Shown one piece after another: positions 8,279 through 18,305 of a stretch of 64,000 nt of DNA; the stretch's first letter is position 1; each line of letters begins with the position of its first letter. This DNA is from a bacterium (GTDB lineage Bacteria > Spirochaetota > Spirochaetia > Treponematales > UBA12059). Below the pieces are notes generated by a model, which did no database searches, was not told where the DNA came from, and saw only the letters and a program-made list of their open reading frames with translations. Made by a program: the position numbers and the translations under genes. The stretch is taken from the NCBI GenBank assembly GCA_035530295.1, contig DATKVB010000014.1:279881-343880 (forward strand). The letters are read 5' to 3'.

Positions 8279-9226
8279 CTAGCGGAGCAGCCCCTGGATT
8301 ATGAGGTCGGTGGCGGCATCCTCTGTCATGCCACGGCTCAGGAGCGTTTCAAGTTGCTTCGAGTCGACGGAGCCTATGGCCGCCTCGTGCGTGACGTGCG
8401 CTCGGTGATCGTTGACCTGGACTATCGGCACCGCGCGGGCCCTGGCCTGGCCCTGGACAATTTCCTTGCAGTCGACATGGCCCCGCGCGTATGGCGCGTC
8501 AGCGACTATCTCGCTGTCTATGATGGCGTTGGCATTGTCTTTGAGCGCTATGTGGCTTGTCAGCACCGCTACCGATGACGCTCCCCGCAACATCGCCGCC
8601 TCGCGGACATGGATCCTGTCGGAACCACGGCCGAATATGCGCGTCTTCATGTCGACGACAGCATCGACCTGGCACTCCGCCTCGTAGTCCAGCTCAATCT
8701 CGCCAGCGGCTCCCTTTATCAGCTCAAACTCCGTAGAGAACCTGGCGTGATCGCGCAGAATGACCCGTGTCTTTGGAACGATGGTGACGCCGCCTTCCGG
8801 ACCGTGGACATGGCGTTCGAGGTAGCTCAGGGTCGCGCCCTCCTGGATTTCCATGTCGGCGTCCATCACATGCCTGACCTTGACCGCATTCGGGAACGTG
8901 CAGTGGGCCATGAAGTGGGCGCTGGCGCCAGCCTCTATGACCGTATGGGAAACGATGTTCTGAGTGCCGGTATCGGGCAGCACACCAAAACAGAAATGCA
9001 CCGGATTCTTGATGGCGGTATTCTTCCGGACACGGATAAAGACTTCCACGCCATTGGCTATGGTCTTCGATGTGACCTCGAGCCCATCGACTAGATGTGT
9101 TCCCAGGACTTCATTGCCGTGTATCTCCACATGCGCTATATCCGGGCCATATTTGTGCTCGTTGATGCTGGAAAGGAGCTCGCCTATCAACTCGTCCTTC
9201 TGTGCCTGCGTTAGTTCTTCTGCCAT
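8279..9226 (-). CDS. SufB/SufD-family Fe-S cluster assembly protein
   Basis: ~315 aa beta-helix-like SufBD protein directly downstream of sufC (11-nt gap). Start set to ATG 9226 (MAEELTQ...) because the longer ORF would overlap sufC. Confidence 0.8.
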   Translation of the reverse strand: MAEELTQAQKDELIGELLSSINEHKYGPDIAHVEIHGNEVLGTHLVDGLEVTSKTIANGVEVFIRVRKNTAIKNPVHFCFGVLPDTGTQNIVSHTVIEAGASAHFMAHCTFPNAVKVRHVMDADMEIQEGATLSYLERHVHGPEGGVTIVPKTRVILRDHARFSTEFELIKGAAGEIELDYEAECQVDAVVDMKTRIFGRGSDRIHVREAAMLRGASSVAVLTSHIALKDNANAIIDSEIVADAPYARGHVDCKEIVQGQARARAVPIVQVNDHRAHVTHEAAIGSVDSKQLETLLSRGMTEDAATDLIIQGLLR

Positions 9227-9237
9227 GGTACGCGCCT

Positions 9238-9972
9238 TTACAGCTTTATTTCTTTTGCGGGCTTGCCGATATGCCTGCACGGTATGCATTTGCCGTTGAA
9301 GTAGTCGAACATGGCATCCATCGGCCCCTTGTCGACGAGCCTGCCGCCGCAGAGGAGGAAGGCATGGTCGGCTTGCTTCAGCACCTGGGGGCTGTGCGTT
9401 ATCAGTATGACCGTCGAGCCTTCACGTTTCAGCTCCTTGATGATCTCGAAAATATATGGTACCGAGTCTATATCGACGCCGCTGTCCGGCTCGTCCATCA
9501 TCACCAGCCGCGGCTTCATGGCCTGGATCGATGCGAGCTCTATCCTTTTGCGCTCGCCGCCAGACAGGGTCTTGTCCACCGCCCTGGATGAGTACCGTGC
9601 CGGATCAAGCCCGACCATCTCCAGTGCCGTGTCAAGCGTCTTCTTCGACTTGTCCTTGGCACCGGCCAGGATGAATTGAGCCACGCCCAGTCCCTCGAAT
9701 CTGGCCGGTTCCTGAAACACCAGCGTCAGGCCCAGGCGCGCCCGTTCATCCACGCCCAGCGTCTTTATCGAGGAGCCGTCGAATATGATGTCTCCGGCTA
9801 TGTCGCGGTATCCCGAAAGGCCCATGATGGTGTTGGCGAGGGTAGACTTGCCAGCGCCGTTCGGGCCGATGATGGCGTGTACATGGCCTTCCCATATTTC
9901 CATATCCAGCGAATCGAGCAGTACCTTGCCTTCCTTGGCAAGCGTTATGGCTCTGAGTTCAAGTATATTCAC
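9238..9972 (-). CDS. sufC: Fe-S cluster assembly ATPase SufC
   Basis: Walker A GPNGAGKST, ABC signature LSGGERKR and Walker B LVMMDEPDSGVD. Start set to GTG 9972 (VNILELRAITL...), typical of SufC N-termini. Confidence 0.9.
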   Translation of the reverse strand: MNILELRAITLAKEGKVLLDSLDMEIWEGHVHAIIGPNGAGKSTLANTIMGLSGYRDIAGDIIFDGSSIKTLGVDERARLGLTLVFQEPARFEGLGVAQFILAGAKDKSKKTLDTALEMVGLDPARYSSRAVDKTLSGGERKRIELASIQAMKPRLVMMDEPDSGVDIDSVPYIFEIIKELKREGSTVILITHSPQVLKQADHAFLLCGGRLVDKGPMDAMFDYFNGKCIPCRHIGKPAKEIKL

Positions 9973-10097
9973 CGTTGCGTACCTCGCCTTGCTGTTCCAA
10001 TATACACAATATCGAACATCGCGTGCAAAGGCCATGCCGTCAGCCTCGCCATCGTATGGACCAAGGCCTGAAATGGCAAGACTCGACTCCATGGAGC

Positions 10098-10126
10098 TTG
10101 CCGCCCGGGGCGTACTTGCCTATAAT
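10098..10126 (+). promoter_or_regulatory. Candidate sigma70-type promoter for mrp/apbC (TTGCCG-N17-TATAAT)
   Basis: TTGCCG at 10098-10103, a 17-nt spacer and a perfect TATAAT at 10121-10126, in the 272-nt divergent region between sufC and mrp. Confidence 0.5.
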
Positions 10127-10244
10127 TGTCGGCGTGCCAATCGGCGCGACGGCGCTTGATTTTTTATTTTGGGCGTATGATCATAAACATTCTGGCGAAC
10201 AATCCGTTTCACCATCATATCCAGTCGTATTCGAGGAGTTTTTG

Positions 10245-11060
10245 ATGAATCTGGTTCCCGAAAAGAAGATAAATCCAAGGATCAAACGGGTCATAGGCGT
10301 AGCGAGCGGCAAGGGCGGCGTCGGCAAATCGACTGTGGCCGTGCTGCTGGCACAGGCCTTGGCTGCGCGCGGCCGTTCTATCGGCATTCTCGATGCCGAC
10401 ATCACCGGCCCCAGCATACCGCGGCTGCTCGGCATCGATAGCTTCCGCGCCGAGTCAGATGGCGAGCGCCTGATTCCCATAGTCAACGAAGAGGGCATCA
10501 AGGCACTATCCATAAACCTGTTCAACGAACATGAGGACGAGCCGGTAATATGGCGTGGTCCCTTGCTGGCCAAGGCCATAGAGCAGTTCTGGGGTGACAC
10601 CGAGTGGGGTGACCTCGACTACCTGATAGTCGACTTTCCGCCCGGAACCTCGGATATAGCCCTGACTGCCTTCCAGAACATACCGTTTGCCGGGATCGTT
10701 GTTGTCGCCACACCACAGGACTATGTTTCGATGATCGTCTCCAAGCAAGTGAAGATGGCTGGCATGCTCAATGCCAAGGTCATTGGCATCGTGGAGAACA
10801 TGCGGACGCTGGTATGCCCCGGATGCGGCGAAGTGGTGCAGCTCTTTGATGATGGCAGTGCCGGCGCCGCCGCTCACCTGGGGTTGCCGCTCCTGGCCAG
10901 CCTTTCGTGGCGCAAGGAAGTGGCCCAGGCCCGCTCCATCCGGTGGAGCGCGTTGCCACAAGCCGTGCAGAAAGACGCCGACCATATCGCGTCAGAGGTG
11001 GAACTGGCCACGGCGAAGAGCGGCATCGCGTCTGCGGCCAATCCGGAAGGGCGCGCATAG
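10245..11060 (+). CDS. apbC: Mrp/ApbC/NBP35-family Fe-S cluster carrier ATPase
   Basis: ATG 10245 follows GAGGAG (10233-10238). Deviant Walker A GKGGVGKST and CPGCG cluster-ligand motif. Confidence 0.9.
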   Translation: MNLVPEKKINPRIKRVIGVASGKGGVGKSTVAVLLAQALAARGRSIGILDADITGPSIPRLLGIDSFRAESDGERLIPIVNEEGIKALSINLFNEHEDEPVIWRGPLLAKAIEQFWGDTEWGDLDYLIVDFPPGTSDIALTAFQNIPFAGIVVVATPQDYVSMIVSKQVKMAGMLNAKVIGIVENMRTLVCPGCGEVVQLFDDGSAGAAAHLGLPLLASLSWRKEVAQARSIRWSALPQAVQKDADHIASEVELATAKSGIASAANPEGRA

Positions 11061-11062
11061 CG

Positions 11063-11665
11063 ATGTCCGCCGAAACCTCAGGCGACAAACCGGACAGCTC
11101 TGTCCCCGACGGCGCGGCCATTCCGCCGCCGCCGGCCACACCGTGGCGCTTGTTCTGGGTATTCGCCTGGATCAATACGGTGACGCTCGGTGGCGGGTAC
11201 GCCATCGTGCCGGTCATTGGAGCGAGCCTCCAGAAGCGCGGCTGGCTGACCGAAGACGATTTCTGGGACATCTTCGCCCGCGCCCAGGCGTACCCTGGGC
11301 CTAGCGCATTGTCCACCGCAATGCTATCCTCCATCAAGCTCTGCGGGTTCTGGGGCGCGGTGGCTGCGTTCTTTGGTGTGGTGTTGCCACCCTTTCTGTC
11401 AATCATTCTGGTCAGTAGCCTGCTGACAAAGTATGGTTCGCTGCCCGCGGTCAAACGGTTTCTCGCCGGCGCCGGTGCCGTCGTTCCAGGACTCGTCGCC
11501 GCGATGGTGTGGCGAACGGCCAAGCGGCGAAGCTGGTCGACCCCGCGCATTGTCGAAGTGGTCGCGCTGACCATGCTGCTTATACTCTTCCCGTCGATGA
11601 GCCTGCCCATCCTGCTGTGCGGCATCATTGCCTTGTACGTCGTGGAGGGCCTGTGGAAGCGCTGA
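11063..11665 (+). CDS. Chromate ion transporter (CHR) family, short-chain half 1
   Basis: Hydrophobic 200 aa with the LGGGYAIVPVI motif. ATG lies 2 nt after the mrp stop. Confidence 0.8.
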   Translation: MSAETSGDKPDSSVPDGAAIPPPPATPWRLFWVFAWINTVTLGGGYAIVPVIGASLQKRGWLTEDDFWDIFARAQAYPGPSALSTAMLSSIKLCGFWGAVAAFFGVVLPPFLSIILVSSLLTKYGSLPAVKRFLAGAGAVVPGLVAAMVWRTAKRRSWSTPRIVEVVALTMLLILFPSMSLPILLCGIIALYVVEGLWKR

Positions 11666-12186
11666 ATGTAATATGGACCTTCTTCAAGATCGGCATTATA
11701 GCCTTTGGCGGTGGGTGGTCAGTCGTAGGCATCATCAAGAACGCCGTTGTGCCGCTGTGGGTCGATGAGGCCCAATTCCGCGCCCTTATCGCCATAGCCC
11801 AGTCTACGCCTGGCCCTATAGCGCTGAATGCCGCCACGATGATTGGCTGGAGCCATGGCGGTTTCCTGATGGCCATCGCGGCCACGCTCTCGGTTGTGGC
11901 GTTCCCGGTTTTCGCTATAGTGATGACAACGCTCCTGGCCAACAAGGTTGCCATCAAGAAGGATCCGCTGAATGAGGCGCTTCGAACAGGCAGCCTCGCG
12001 ATGATACTGATGACACTCTGGGTCCTGAGGCCAGTCTCGTTTGATCCTATAATGCTGACATTTACGCTCGGGGCATTCGTGATAGCAGCCTTTACCAAAA
12101 TAAACGCGCTCTGGGCGATTCTTGGTGCCGGCGCCATCAACGCCGCGCTGGGGCCGTTCTTGGGGAACCTTCTCGGGATGCGCTGA
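11653..12186 (+). CDS. Chromate ion transporter (CHR) family, short-chain half 2
   Basis: FGGGWSVVGII motif. The proposed GTG 11653 follows GGAGGG and overlaps half 1 by 13 nt. The start is uncertain. Confidence 0.72.
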   Translation: MEALNVIWTFFKIGIIAFGGGWSVVGIIKNAVVPLWVDEAQFRALIAIAQSTPGPIALNAATMIGWSHGGFLMAIAATLSVVAFPVFAIVMTTLLANKVAIKKDPLNEALRTGSLAMILMTLWVLRPVSFDPIMLTFTLGAFVIAAFTKINALWAILGAGAINAALGPFLGNLLGMR

Positions 12187-12273
12187 AAAGACTGGCTGGG
12201 CGGCACCGGTCGCGCGTTCCTGATGACGAACACGGTGTTGGAAAAGCCGAGAGTGGCATTCCAAAGACCCTGC

Positions 12274-12705
12274 TCAGAGAACGCCCAGGCCCTTGCCGCT
12301 CATGATTGATCTCCATGACTCGGCGATCGATACCGCCTTGTCTACCATGCAGACGATGAGGCTCTCGGGATACCGCGGCGGGATGGGGGTAAGCGGCCAC
12401 ATGTGACGCAGCACAATGTCGCGCTCGAGGCGCGATAGCGGGCCATAGGTGGCTTCGGCATTCTCGAGCGCCTCGCGCGGATGGTCGAAGCCATGTAAAC
12501 CGCCGGAACGCGGCTTGGAGACGCGCCAGTCGTAGTGAAAAAAATCATGCAGGAGAGCGCCGCGGGCCAGTTCGGAAAGGTTGCGCCGAAAGCCAAGCAT
12601 CCTGGCAATGACAAACGCATAGTAGGCGACTGCCACGGAATGGTCTGCCAGGCTTGCATCGTGATGGCAAAGGTTGCGGAGCGTATCATATTCAGGCGAT
12701 GTCAC
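12274..12705 (-). CDS. HD-superfamily metal-dependent phosphohydrolase (small)
   Basis: 143 aa with H...HD (LHDFFHYD) metal-binding residues. Confidence 0.75.
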   Translation of the reverse strand: MTSPEYDTLRNLCHHDASLADHSVAVAYYAFVIARMLGFRRNLSELARGALLHDFFHYDWRVSKPRSGGLHGFDHPREALENAEATYGPLSRLERDIVLRHMWPLTPIPPRYPESLIVCMVDKAVSIAESWRSIMSGKGLGVL

Positions 12706-12778
12706 AAGCTTACGGGCGAGGCGATTGAACTGCTCGTCGCGCTTGAGGATCCGCTGTTCCTTGGGCGCCCGCTCGAAA

Positions 12779-13531
12779 CTACTTCCCGAAATGTCTGCCT
12801 CCGATTATCGATTCAAGTTTTGATGTGATCCATCCTGGTATTGCGTCAAGCGATGGACGCAACTCGGCTACCAGTGTCGGGAAGGATTTGAGCGGCTTCA
12901 ATATGTGCCGTATTTCGCGGGGCAGGCGTTTGGTGTCAAGCTCCAGTGATGGCAGGAACGATCCACCACGCTCGACCAGGGCGCGAAGGTCCACTACAAA
13001 CGCCTTGAAGTTGATAAGCGCCTTGCTTGAGCCAATCGTGTCCATCACAAAGTACATGGAAAGAGCACCTGACAGGTAGACCCGCGTATATTCGCCAAGG
13101 GCCCTGATGTGGGCCAGAATAAATGGCTCGACGAAGCGGATCGTCAGCATGGTCAGAATCGCCCAGAACACTGAGAACATGAGGCATATCCGCCCGCGGA
13201 GGTTCAGCGGTTCCTTTGAATAATCCCACAACCTGAGGCCAAAGGCCTTCTCAAGCAGGTACGATGACACATATTCCACCATGGTCGGGGTGACGACGAG
13301 GACCGGCCAGAAGAACGCCCAGTGGGCGCTCGCCAGAACCCGGGCCAGTGCGGCAAGCGTCAGGGCGCCAAAGCCATATATCGGTATGAAGGGGCCGGAC
13401 AGGAAGCCGGAGTTGACCCAATGGTGCTCGGTGATGCTGCGGAATGTCGATTCGATGACCCAGCCCATCGCCGCCGTCACCGAAAAGTATAGAAACCACA
13501 CAATAAGATTTTCGTATGAACTGTCAATCAT
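12779..13531 (-). CDS. Polytopic membrane protein, putative 'ABC-transporter type IV' (CmpB-like) family
   Basis: GWVIESTF...NSGFLSGPFIPIYGFG pattern and multiple TM segments. Trimmed to ATG 13531 (MIDSSYENL...). Confidence 0.68.
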   Translation of the reverse strand: MIDSSYENLIVWFLYFSVTAAMGWVIESTFRSITEHHWVNSGFLSGPFIPIYGFGALTLAALARVLASAHWAFFWPVLVVTPTMVEYVSSYLLEKAFGLRLWDYSKEPLNLRGRICLMFSVFWAILTMLTIRFVEPFILAHIRALGEYTRVYLSGALSMYFVMDTIGSSKALINFKAFVVDLRALVERGGSFLPSLELDTKRLPREIRHILKPLKSFPTLVAELRPSLDAIPGWITSKLESIIGGRHFGK

Positions 13532-13630
13532 ACGGACGAATATAATAGTACCGATCGGAGCGGTCAACGCGCTGCGTGGTGCGAGCGAACCGGCGCGTAT
13601 CAATGTGCAAAGCGTGGTATACTGATTCAC

Positions 13631-14695
13631 ATGAAACGGCCCACCGTTCTCTGCATTATGCCCGTGCTTGCTCTCGCGGCTGTGGTGTCGATTGGCGCGC
13701 AGCCGCTGCCCGCAGCCGAGCATGCCATTGCATCCTGGCTGTCAACCGCCGGCAGCTTCTCGATTGTGCCGATCGATACCTGGGGTTCCGGCGACTTTGA
13801 TGCCCTTGCCGATGCGCTATTTGGCTATGACACCCCCCGCCTCAACCAGCTGACAGTCGACATGGACCAGACCGCGTGCACCACCTACGAGGGCGAGCTG
13901 TTCTTCAAGAAGCTGCGCCTGAAGGTCGGCCTCAATATCGATGTTGACAACAACCTTATAGGCCGGCTTGACCGCTTCATGGGCTACATCAACTACGACG
14001 GATTTACCCTGCGCGTCCAGACCTCCGAGCTGCGCGGCACGGCCATCTGGAGCGGCGCAGATCATGCAGGCATGCCGACCGAGTACCCATTCGACAATCC
14101 CTTCGTTAGCGTCGACCTCCTCTATTACAGGCGAACAGGCGGCATAGACTACTTTGGCGCCGGGTATACGTCGTACCGGCTGCCGGTGCAGTTTACCATC
14201 CTGACATACAGTACCGCCGAGGACTCGGTCTGGTGGGCAACTCCCTACAGCACCGCCTATCAGCCCGATATGGCCTTTCACATCTACTCGGCCCTCTTTG
14301 GCCTGGATACCCTCCATGAGGCCTTTGCGCGGAGCGGCACCTTTGCCGACATGCAGGGCCTGACCGTCTGGATGGCTACCCAGGACCGAGCTGGAGTCGG
14401 GCTCGCGTACATCAGCGACGAGGCGCGCGGCTGGATTGAAGCGGCGGATGATTTGCCGCTGTGGAGCGCCACCCAGATAGCGATGCTTGTCGACTATGAC
14501 CTTATCCTTGGCGCGCAGTGGGTCGGCGACCTTGGCCCTGTTCGGCTTGGCCTTGGCCTTGGCTTCGAGGTTGGCGGCCAGACGGTGACGTGCGTCACGC
14601 CCAAAGGACCGGTGGACAGTGACCATGTGGATGCATCACCGTCGTTCTACCTGTTCCACTATGGTCCAATACTCAAGGCCACCGTCGCCTGGTGA
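13631..14695 (+). CDS. Secreted hypothetical protein, possible outer-membrane beta-barrel
   Basis: N-terminal signal peptide (MKRPTVLCIMPVLALAAVVSIGAQP), alternating beta-like segments and a C-terminal aromatic residue (...KATVAW). No recognisable family. Confidence 0.6.
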   Translation: MKRPTVLCIMPVLALAAVVSIGAQPLPAAEHAIASWLSTAGSFSIVPIDTWGSGDFDALADALFGYDTPRLNQLTVDMDQTACTTYEGELFFKKLRLKVGLNIDVDNNLIGRLDRFMGYINYDGFTLRVQTSELRGTAIWSGADHAGMPTEYPFDNPFVSVDLLYYRRTGGIDYFGAGYTSYRLPVQFTILTYSTAEDSVWWATPYSTAYQPDMAFHIYSALFGLDTLHEAFARSGTFADMQGLTVWMATQDRAGVGLAYISDEARGWIEAADDLPLWSATQIAMLVDYDLILGAQWVGDLGPVRLGLGLGFEVGGQTVTCVTPKGPVDSDHVDASPSFYLFHYGPILKATVAW

Positions 14696-14725
14696 GCGGT
14701 GCCATGCGTCAGAGCAAACGGGCAT

Positions 14726-14754
14726 TTGACAAATACGGCGGCCGGGGCTAGGCT
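14726..14754 (+). promoter_or_regulatory. Candidate promoter (TTGACA-N17-TAGGCT) for the CGGC-domain gene
   Basis: Perfect -35 TTGACA at 14726-14731 and a weak -10 at 14749-14754. The gene's SD is CAGGAGG. Confidence 0.35.
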
Positions 14755-14774
14755 GGCGTTCCAGGAGGCCCACG

Positions 14775-15221
14775 ATGGATGAGACTGTCCGCGTTGGTAT
14801 AATCATCTGTGACAGGTATAGAAATTGCGCCGGAGGCAAGTGCCTGCGTTCGCTCAGAGCCCGCGAAGGCGCCTTTTCCACATATCGCGGCCAGCAGGTT
14901 GAGCTGGTGGGCTACACCAGTTGCGGCGGCTGTCCTGGCGGCAATATCGAGTATGCCGGTGAAGAAATGGTCAAGAATGGCGCCACCGTCATCCATCTGG
15001 CCACCGGCTTGCTGGTCGGGTACCCACCATGTCCGAGCATAGACTACTTCACCAAATTTCTGGCTGAACGCTACGGCGTCAAGGTTGTGCTCGGAACGCA
15101 TCCCATACCCACCAAGTATTATGCCCTGCACGAGAAGCTCGGCACCTGGCTGGCGCCCGGGTGGAAACAGCGTCTGGCGCCGACGCTTGCCGATGAGAAG
15201 ACCCGTACCGCGTACAATTGA
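14775..15221 (+). CDS. CGGC-domain protein
   Basis: 148 aa with CDRYRNCAGGKC and SCGGCPGG motifs. Confidence 0.8.
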   Translation: MDETVRVGIIICDRYRNCAGGKCLRSLRAREGAFSTYRGQQVELVGYTSCGGCPGGNIEYAGEEMVKNGATVIHLATGLLVGYPPCPSIDYFTKFLAERYGVKVVLGTHPIPTKYYALHEKLGTWLAPGWKQRLAPTLADEKTRTAYN

Positions 15222-15340
15222 GCCCCGACACGGAGCTACGCAGCTCGTACTGCGCGCATTCGTCGACAACAAGCGCTTGACTGGCGACTCCAGGCTCAGT
15301 ATGCTAGTAATCGATCACTCACTTGGATGCCGGAGGAAGC

Positions 15341-15919
15341 ATGAGCGACAGGCAGGATGAAATTGTGGGTACGGCCCTTCGCCTTATCTCGGAGGATGGC
15401 ATCCAGGAACTGACGATGAAGAAGATAGCCGCGGCCATAGGCATTACAGAGCCGGCCCTGTATCGTCACTTCACGTCCAAGTTTCAGATTCTGTCCGCCG
15501 TGGTGGACACCATAACCGCGGCACGCTCTACGCTATCCAGGCCATCCACGTCAGGAGTGCGTAACGCCGAATCGGATATTCTGGTGTTCTTCATCGGACA
15601 CGCCCGGCTGTTCACGCGTGAACCCGCTATGACCGTCATTCTGTTTTCCGAGGATCTGTTCCGCAATGACAAGGAGCTGTCGGAGCGCGTCGCCGCGATC
15701 ATAGACGACACCAGGCACAGGATACAGGAGGCGCTTGCGGTCGGCGTGAAGACCGGCATGATGCGCGCCGACCTTGACCTGCCCATGGCTTCATTATTGC
15801 TGGTCGGTGGCTTCAGACAGCTTGTTTCATCCTGGCGGCTTGCCGGCTATCAATTCTCTCTGGAAGAGCATACCGCGCGGCTCGTCGGATCGACGCTGCG
15901 TCTGTTCGCGCGGGCTTGA
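15341..15919 (+). CDS. TetR/AcrR-family transcriptional regulator
   Basis: ATG 15341 follows GGAGGA. N-terminal HTH (MKKIAAAIGITEPALYRHFTSK). Confidence 0.9.
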   Translation: MSDRQDEIVGTALRLISEDGIQELTMKKIAAAIGITEPALYRHFTSKFQILSAVVDTITAARSTLSRPSTSGVRNAESDILVFFIGHARLFTREPAMTVILFSEDLFRNDKELSERVAAIIDDTRHRIQEALAVGVKTGMMRADLDLPMASLLLVGGFRQLVSSWRLAGYQFSLEEHTARLVGSTLRLFARA

Positions 15920-16001
15920 TCTGGGTACTCGGCCATGTTCCATTGGCTTTTGTAGCAACTGTGAGTTATCGATAACATACCTGGGGCTTTAGGAGGTTTT
16001 G

Positions 16002-18305
16002 ATGAGAAGATTCTTCAAGTGGGCCGCGCGCCGACCCCTGTACGTCATCGGAGTCGCCGTCGTGCTGACTCTGGTGTCCGGCTTCGTGATCAAGGCGCAT
16101 ATGCGCATGGAGACGAACCTGGACGCGTACATGCCACGGACCCATCCGGCATTCATATTCAGCGATGAGGCCGATGAGCGGTTCAATATACGCGATGCCA
16201 TCCTGATAGCGGTCGAGCACCCTGACTCGGTCTACAATCCGGGTACTCTGTCCAAGATCATGCAGATAGAGGACGCGCTGGTAGCCTTCGACGAGATAGA
16301 GGCCGCGGATGTAACCTCGCTGCACACGGCCGACAATATCCTGGGAACGGCGGACGGACTGGATGTGCGCAAGTTCTACAGTGACGCGCCAGCCGATGCC
16401 GCCGCCTGTGACGCCATACGTGACCGGGTTCGCGGCAACGATATGATCAACGGTCGACTCGTGTCGGCCGACGAGAAGACCACCCTGATCAAGGTTGATC
16501 TGGCCAAGGGCACGTTCTCCAACGATCTGTACCACAGGATCCAGGAATTGGCAGCCTCATTCAGCGGTCCGGAGACACTGCATGTCGCGGGGCGGCCGAT
16601 CGTCGAAGGTACGATGGCCATACTCGGACCCAAGGACATGGCCAGGATGGGGCCGCTCGTGATACTCGTGATCGCGTTGGCGCTTTTCATCGTGCTCAGG
16701 AGCGTCATACGGATGATTATAGCGCTTCTTGTCGTGCTCATGAGTACGCTCTGGAGCTTTGGCCTGATGGTGGGCCTCGGCGTTCCCATCTACACCGTGA
16801 CGATCATGATACCGGTCATGCTCATTGCCATCGGTGTGGCCTACGGCATCCATCTGTACAATCAGATAGATTTCTACGTGCGTGAGCATCCTGGAGCCAG
16901 CAAAGCTGATGTTGTGGACAACGTAATCGATGTCATATGGAGTCCAGTCCTGTTCGCCGGACTCACGACCATGGCCGGGTTTGTGTCGCTCCTGACATCA
17001 CAGGTCTTTCCGGTCAAGTATTTCGGCCTGTTCTCCGCATTTGGGGTGCTGTCGTCGCTTATGCTGACGATGCTGCTCATACCGGTCGGCATCATGCTTT
17101 TTGGAACCGGACGCAAGCGAGCCGACGCTGATTCGTCGCTGAAGCCTGAAACCGGTACTGCTCGGTCCTTTGGCGCTCGCTTCGCCGATGCGGTAACCGC
17201 CCATCCGGTTCCTGTCGTGACGATATCCGTGCTGGTCGTTGCCCTGTCGCTGTTTGGAATATCCCGCGTCTGGATCAACACGAGCTTCCTGGCGAACTTC
17301 GAAAAATCCAGCGATATCGTCAGGACCGACGCCTTCATGAACGCGCGCTTCGGCGGTACCTCGACGCTCAATGTCATACTGGACGCCGCTGACCCAGATG
17401 TATTCAAGGATCCAGCGGTCCTGACGCTGCTCGACGAGGTTCAGCATGGCGCATTGTCGCTGGACAAGGTCGGCGATGCCATATCGATCACCAACTACCT
17501 GCGTCGGATGAACAAGGTAATGCACGAGGATCGCGCCGAGTTTGACAGCATACCCGAGAGCGCGGACATGGTGGCCCAGTATCTGCTCCTGTACGAGATG
17601 TCGGGCGATCCAGCCAATCTCTGGAAGGTCGTTGATTCCGACTACCATGGCGCCAACCTGACGGTACAGATGAAGAGTGATGACTCCCAGACCATTGCCA
17701 GGGTCGTCGCGTATTTCGACTCGACGGCCGCCCGTTTTGCCGAACATGGCATTCGGATACGTTATGCCGGCTCTGGCTACAAGAGCCTGGTATTCGCGGG
17801 CCTCATTCTGAATGGTCAGATAAGCAGCCTGGGCATATCCGTGCTGGTCGTCTTCCTGCTCGTCGCCTTCATGTTCAAGAGCATACGGCTTGGCCTCATC
17901 GGTTCGATTCCGGTCGCCATCAGCATAGCTGTCAATTTCGGCATCATGGGGCTTCTGAAAATCCCGCTGACCACCTCGACAGCGCTTATCTCCAGCATAG
18001 CCGTCGGCATAGGAGTAGACTATGCGATTCACTTCATCGACCGCTACCATGAGCGCCTCAAGGAGACCGGGGACGCGACTGACGCGGCCCATTTCGCGAT
18101 GAGCCACACCGGTCGGGCGGTGCTGCTCAACGCGACCATCGTAATAGCCGGCTTTCTTGTTTTGCTGTTCTCGGTATTCCCGCCCAACCGCCAGGTCGGC
18201 GCACTCGTCTCGCTCAACATGCTCACATCGTTCGTGGCCACGGTCACGATCATGTTCCTCATCTTGAGGAAATCATACGTATCGATCAAGGAGAACCATA
18301 CATGA
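16002..18305 (+). CDS. RND-superfamily MMPL-type exporter (12 TM, two large periplasmic loops)
   Basis: ATG 16002 lies 5 nt after AGGAGG. 767 aa with two repeated 6-TM halves and SSD-like segments. Confidence 0.9.
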   Translation: MRRFFKWAARRPLYVIGVAVVLTLVSGFVIKAHMRMETNLDAYMPRTHPAFIFSDEADERFNIRDAILIAVEHPDSVYNPGTLSKIMQIEDALVAFDEIEAADVTSLHTADNILGTADGLDVRKFYSDAPADAAACDAIRDRVRGNDMINGRLVSADEKTTLIKVDLAKGTFSNDLYHRIQELAASFSGPETLHVAGRPIVEGTMAILGPKDMARMGPLVILVIALALFIVLRSVIRMIIALLVVLMSTLWSFGLMVGLGVPIYTVTIMIPVMLIAIGVAYGIHLYNQIDFYVREHPGASKADVVDNVIDVIWSPVLFAGLTTMAGFVSLLTSQVFPVKYFGLFSAFGVLSSLMLTMLLIPVGIMLFGTGRKRADADSSLKPETGTARSFGARFADAVTAHPVPVVTISVLVVALSLFGISRVWINTSFLANFEKSSDIVRTDAFMNARFGGTSTLNVILDAADPDVFKDPAVLTLLDEVQHGALSLDKVGDAISITNYLRRMNKVMHEDRAEFDSIPESADMVAQYLLLYEMSGDPANLWKVVDSDYHGANLTVQMKSDDSQTIARVVAYFDSTAARFAEHGIRIRYAGSGYKSLVFAGLILNGQISSLGISVLVVFLLVAFMFKSIRLGLIGSIPVAISIAVNFGIMGLLKIPLTTSTALISSIAVGIGVDYAIHFIDRYHERLKETGDATDAAHFAMSHTGRAVLLNATIVIAGFLVLLFSVFPPNRQVGALVSLNMLTSFVATVTIMFLILRKSYVSIKENHT

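Noticed and set aside
16998-18107. 369-aa ORF antisense to the MMPL exporter (similar cases: 10780-11628, 30073-30987, 45131-45874, 3357-4046)
   Set aside because: All lie fully inside strongly supported genes on the other strand. They have arginine/proline-rich, low-complexity translations and no ribosome-binding sites, so I treat them as GC-driven shadow ORFs.
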